Source of the DNA: an uncultured Pseudomonadota bacterium
GTDB taxonomy: Bacteria > Pseudomonadota > Gammaproteobacteria > Ga0077536
Direction: 5' to 3'
DNA: 64,000 nt
NCBI GenBank assembly: GCA_903825645.1
Contig: CAIKBL010000026.1
Span: forward strand, 17,371-81,370
This document shows, piece by piece, positions 60,790-64,000 of the stretch. The translations under genes and the position numbers were made by a program. Under the pieces are notes generated by a model. It saw only the letters and a program-made list of their open reading frames with translations, made no database searches and had not been told where the DNA came from. The stretch's first letter is position 1; every line of letters begins with the position of its first letter.

Positions 60790-61254
60790 CTATTCTCGGA
60801 CGTAATCCTCAGAAGGGATGGATGTCGCACTTGAGCGCGTCGGAATAGCCTGGTGAAGGCGCTGATTTCGAACATTCCGGATCACGATTCGAACCGGCAT
60901 GCCGATAGTCATGCCGGACAGTTCTGCATCAACGACATTCGTGAGAAGATCAGGTCCTTCTGCAAGCGCCACCATCGCGACAACGTAAGGCACCGCATCC
61001 GCGAAATAGGGATGATAGGCCTTCTCGAAAACGATGAATGTACGAACCACACCCTGTCCGGACGCAGCGATCCATTGCAACGATTCTGCGGGCTCCAAAC
61101 AACACAAACACGCCTGCAACCGTGTATAGCAGGCGCCGCAAGGACATCGCGCGATGACCAAATATCCCGCGTCTATTGCATCCCAGAATGGCTTGTCTTC
61201 CGGCGCGACTATGCGCAGAGGGGGGGTGACCTTCGGAAAATCTGTGTCATTCAT
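60790..61254 (-). CDS. DUF35 rubredoxin-like/OB-fold acyl-CoA-binding protein
   Basis: PFWDAI, Cys cluster, G.V.TF.V, PYVVAMVALAEG, IGMPV. Confidence 0.85.
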   Translation of the reverse strand: MNDTDFPKVTPPLRIVAPEDKPFWDAIDAGYLVIARCPCGACYTRLQACLCCLEPAESLQWIAASGQGVVRTFIVFEKAYHPYFADAVPYVVAMVALAEGPDLLTNVVDAELSGMTIGMPVRIVIRNVRNQRLHQAIPTRSSATSIPSEDYVRE

Positions 61255-61273
61255 GGGTCATCCCTATCAAACA

Positions 61274-62413
61274 TCAACTCGCGCCGAAAATAACCGCTGA
61301 CTGGGCCTGCCCAGCGCCCGTAATGCCCACATTGGTCACGAGTGCCGTTTTAGCATTGGGCACCTGGGTGGCCCCACCCTCACCTCGAAGCTGGCGGATC
61401 CCCTCGGCGATATGCGTAAAGCCCTGCACATAACCCCAAGAATGGAGCGTTCCCGAAGTATTGCAGGGTTGTGGTGAATTCCAGCTAAAGTGGCCCGCTC
61501 GGATCCAGTCGCCTGCCTCACCAGGCCCACAGAGCCCCCAAGCCTCAAGCTGCAGCGCAACAATAACCGTAAAGGCGTCGTAGAACTGGAAAACGTCGAT
61601 ATCGGCCAGATCAAGACCCGCTGCCCCGAAGACGCGTGATTTAGCGGGCTCGACGTTGAATTCCGGCAAACCCAGTACGCTATTAGCACCGCGCGAGTGT
61701 CCCTGCCCAACGTCATGACAGCTGCCCAAACCCAGGATTTCAACAGGTCGGTTGCGGAGATCACGCGCCCGATCGGCGGTAGTTACGATGAAGGCAATCG
61801 CGCCATCCGTCACCAGACAATAATCAAAAAGTCGCAATGGCCGCACAATGAAACGAGAATTCTGATGCATCTCCACCGTCAGCGGGCGATTAAACATGAG
61901 AGCATCAGGCCGCAATGAGGCATTGCCACGCAACGCGACCGCAATCTCGGCCAGATCAGCCGAATTTGTGCCATATTTGTGAAAGTAACTTTGCGCCATT
62001 AGCGCGCTGTGCGCGCCTGGTGAGAACAGTCCAAAAGGGGCGTACTGATTTTCCTCACCTTCACCGACCGTCACCGTCTGAGATCGAGCATTCGTGGCGT
62101 GTACACAGACGACATACTCCGCGATTCCGGACTCAATGAGTCCTATCGCAGAGGCGATTGCCAAAATACCCGAAGCGCCACTCGAATTGATTTGCAACGT
62201 CGTTTGGGCACCCAGTCCTGCGCGCCCGGCTGCCATTCCGGTCGTCCCTTCACCGAAACCGGGCTGAAAAATATAGCCGTTGATTTCACGACGAGAGAGG
62301 CCTGAATCAACCAAGGCAAGTTCAACGGCGTCCCAAGCAAGCTTCTCGGCGCTCACCCCCGGCAACGTTCCCTGCGGCGTGACGCCCAGTCCCGAGATTG
62401 CATATTTCGGCAT
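61274..62413 (-). CDS. Thiolase-fold protein, Ltp2/SCP-x aldolase-like
   Basis: Start MPKYAISG; no Cys at the thiolase nucleophile site (INSSGASG); DYCLVTDGA, FYDAF, NTSGTLHSWGY; adjacent to DUF35. Confidence 0.82.
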   Translation of the reverse strand: MPKYAISGLGVTPQGTLPGVSAEKLAWDAVELALVDSGLSRREINGYIFQPGFGEGTTGMAAGRAGLGAQTTLQINSSGASGILAIASAIGLIESGIAEYVVCVHATNARSQTVTVGEGEENQYAPFGLFSPGAHSALMAQSYFHKYGTNSADLAEIAVALRGNASLRPDALMFNRPLTVEMHQNSRFIVRPLRLFDYCLVTDGAIAFIVTTADRARDLRNRPVEILGLGSCHDVGQGHSRGANSVLGLPEFNVEPAKSRVFGAAGLDLADIDVFQFYDAFTVIVALQLEAWGLCGPGEAGDWIRAGHFSWNSPQPCNTSGTLHSWGYVQGFTHIAEGIRQLRGEGGATQVPNAKTALVTNVGITGAGQAQSAVIFGAS

Positions 62414-62450
62414 GATTCCCCCCACGGCTCTAAATCCCTCCCCCACCATT

Positions 62451-62978
62451 CTACGCACGATTGCGGCGCTGTTTTGCCCACAATTTGGAAGGCCGCCCGC
62501 CGTTCCCAAAGCCCTGGCGGGCATTCTCCTTCATGGCACGTAGCGTGTGCTTGCCGTTTTCCTTGGATTGGTATTCGTCGAACAGCGCCATCATCTGGCG
62601 CATCATGATGTGCATTGGGTCGTCGCCGATTTCCTGGGTGATTGAGACCATTTTGATGTCGTTCTTGGCGAGATTGCGGATATAAAATTCGAGTTCGAAG
62701 TGGTCGCGAAAGAAGCGGCTAAAAAAGTGGACGATGACGACATCGAACGGCGCGGGCTTTGTTGTGCCGGCTTCGATCATGCGCTGGAATTCGGGCCGGC
62801 GGTCATTGGTGGCGGGGGCGCCGGGTTCGACGAAAATTTCGACGAGCTGATAGCCGCGCGCAAGGCAGTACGCCTCGCCTTGGCGCTTTTGGTCGAGGAT
62901 GGAGACATCATGCTCGGCCTGGCGCGCTGTAGAGACGCGCAGGTACAGGGCGGCGCGAAGCCGAATAGCGGGCGTCAT
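62451..62978 (-). pseudogene. Large serine recombinase, N-terminal catalytic domain only
   Basis: RAALYLRVSTARQAE, FSRFFRD, ALFDEYQSKEN...KENARQGF; homology appears to stop near 62490 and the frame runs into unrelated DNA. Confidence 0.85.
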
Positions 62979-63274
62979 ACGGCTTTCAATGCCTTCTGTA
63001 CGGCCTTGGGGTTACGGTCGATGACGAGGAGATAGGCGCGGGTGGGGCCTTCCGGCACGCGGTGGCCCTGTTCCCAATGGCGTAGGGTGTTGACGCTAAA
63101 ACCAAAGCGGCCGGCGAACTCCTCCTGGGTCATGTCCAGTTTGGCGCGGATGGCCTTCACGTCGATGTCCTCGGGGATGTGGACGCCCTAGCGGCGGGTG
63201 TCTGTCGTTCCATCGGCATAGGCCAGAGCTTCCTCAAGGCCGCGCCGGATGCGTTCGGCGACTTTGCTTGTCAT
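62975..63274 (-). pseudogene. HTH-XRE (HigA-like) antitoxin with internal TAG
   Basis: MTSKVAERIRRGLEEALAYA...RR*GVHIPEDIDVKAIR...QEEFA...TLRHWEQG; stop at 63190-63188. Confidence 0.85.
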
Positions 63275-63626
63275 GACTCCTCCTCGCATATTCTTCGGCC
63301 AGCAGGCGGGTGAGGCGGCGGTACTCGTTGCGGTCGGCCTGGGTGATGTTGGCGCGCTCGTTCTTGGCGTAGGCAGTCAAGGCAAAAATCGGCATGGCGT
63401 CGTTGTGGTAGTAATAGACCACCCGTGCGCCGCCGCGCTTGCCGCGCCCTTCCAATGCCCAGCGCAGTGTGCGCACCCCTCACGTACCGGGGATTAAATC
63501 TCCGGCCAGCGGATTTCGGGCGAGGTGATCGACCAACTGGGTGCGCTCCTGTTCATCCATGATCCGCTTTGTCGCCGGCAGAAACTCGGACGTCTCAACG
63601 ACGCTGACGGGGGCTGGCTTTGACGT
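63234..63626 (-). pseudogene. RelE/HigB-like toxin with internal TGA and no canonical start
   Basis: SVVETSEF...NPLAGDLIPGT*GVRTLRW...GKRGGARVVYY...AYAKN; stop at 63482-63480; ACG at the expected start. Confidence 0.85.
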
Positions 63627-63675
63627 GGCGGAGACTACTCCATTGGATTATGCCGGACAAGTAAATTTCAACGGC

Positions 63676-63828
63676 TCAAAGCGGGCCAAAAAATTCGTCG
63701 AACAGGTCGCCGAACCAAGCTTCGAAGACGTCGATCTCGGCTTGTGCGACAGGAGCGCGCTGGGGCCAATCGTCGATCACGCGCCAAGCTTCAACGTCGT
63801 GCTTCGCGGCCCGGCCCCGGCGCGGCCG
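63676..63828 (-). pseudogene. 5'-truncated small acidic ORF of the kind found before these recombinases
   Basis: Hand translation ...WRVIDDWPQRAPVAQAEIDVFEAWFGDLFDEFFGPL*; frame closed upstream by TAG at 63831-63829. Confidence 0.55.
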
Positions 63829-64000
63829 CTATCGCTATTACACCTGCTCGATCAAAACCCGGCAGGACGAGACCGGTTGTAAGGGCCGCTCGATTCCCCT
63901 GGAAAAACTCGACAACCTCGTGGCCCGCTACATCGAGGAACGTCTGTTATACAGCCCGAGCGCCTCGAAGAAGTCCTGTCCTCGGCCCTAGACCATCGCC
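63824..64000 (+). pseudogene. Large serine recombinase zinc-ribbon/C-terminal fragment, frameshifted
   Basis: GRYRYYTCSIKTRQDETGCKGRSIPLEKLDNLVARYIEERLL, extra TA at 63950-63951, then QPERLEEVLSSALDHR. Confidence 0.8.

Larger units (their letters stand above)
62488..64000. mobile_element. Decayed and rearranged remnant of a serine-recombinase integrative element carrying a type II TA pair
   Basis: Truncated recombinase N-terminus (-), TA pseudogenes (-), truncated small ORF (-), recombinase zinc-ribbon/C-terminal fragment (+). Confidence 0.75.

Noticed and set aside
63180-63490. Stop-codon recoding (Sec/Pyl or alternative code) to explain the in-frame TGA and TAG in the TA genes
   Set aside because: Housekeeping genes here use TGA and TAG as normal stops; the positions fit Gly and Tyr; surrounding genes show independent decay (truncation, frameshift).
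63541-63882. 113-aa plus-strand ORF
   Set aside because: It is antisense to the toxin 5' part and the small acidic ORF, which have recognisable motifs.

Overview
64 kb of a GC-rich gammaproteobacterial chromosome, mostly on the minus strand. Left to right: partial prsK and a PEP-CTERM-type sugar transferase; a hybrid kinase plus Hpt protein; a stand-alone glmS; the conserved tRNA-Val/thrS-infC-rpmI-rplT-pheST-ihfA-merR/tRNA-Pro block; uvrB and tRNA-Asn, followed by an AT-richer sulfotransferase-like gene; an MscK-like channel, an MBL hydrolase and a GT2; an ABC ATPase/double-FtsX permease/AttH-lipocalin operon; ppnN; an 8-gene nucleotide-sugar and glycan-initiation cluster (epimerase, WbpO-like, ugd, GT4, WbpK/L/M-like, galU); a complete ccmABCDEFGHI operon (ccmD is missing from the ORF track) facing a heme c/PQQ dehydrogenase; a putative CoA-dependent catabolic cluster (Ltp2-like aldolase, DUF35, CaiB, large BVMO, Nudix, ACAD, SDR, esterase); and a decayed mobile-element remnant at the right end. 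In that remnant both toxin and antitoxin carry nonsense codons, and the large serine recombinase is in two pieces of opposite orientation. Best candidates for undescribed biology are the retro-aldol/BVMO/esterase cluster, the ABC-AttH module and the tRNA-linked sulfotransferase. No CRISPR array was seen. All family assignments come from motif recognition only; no database searches were run.
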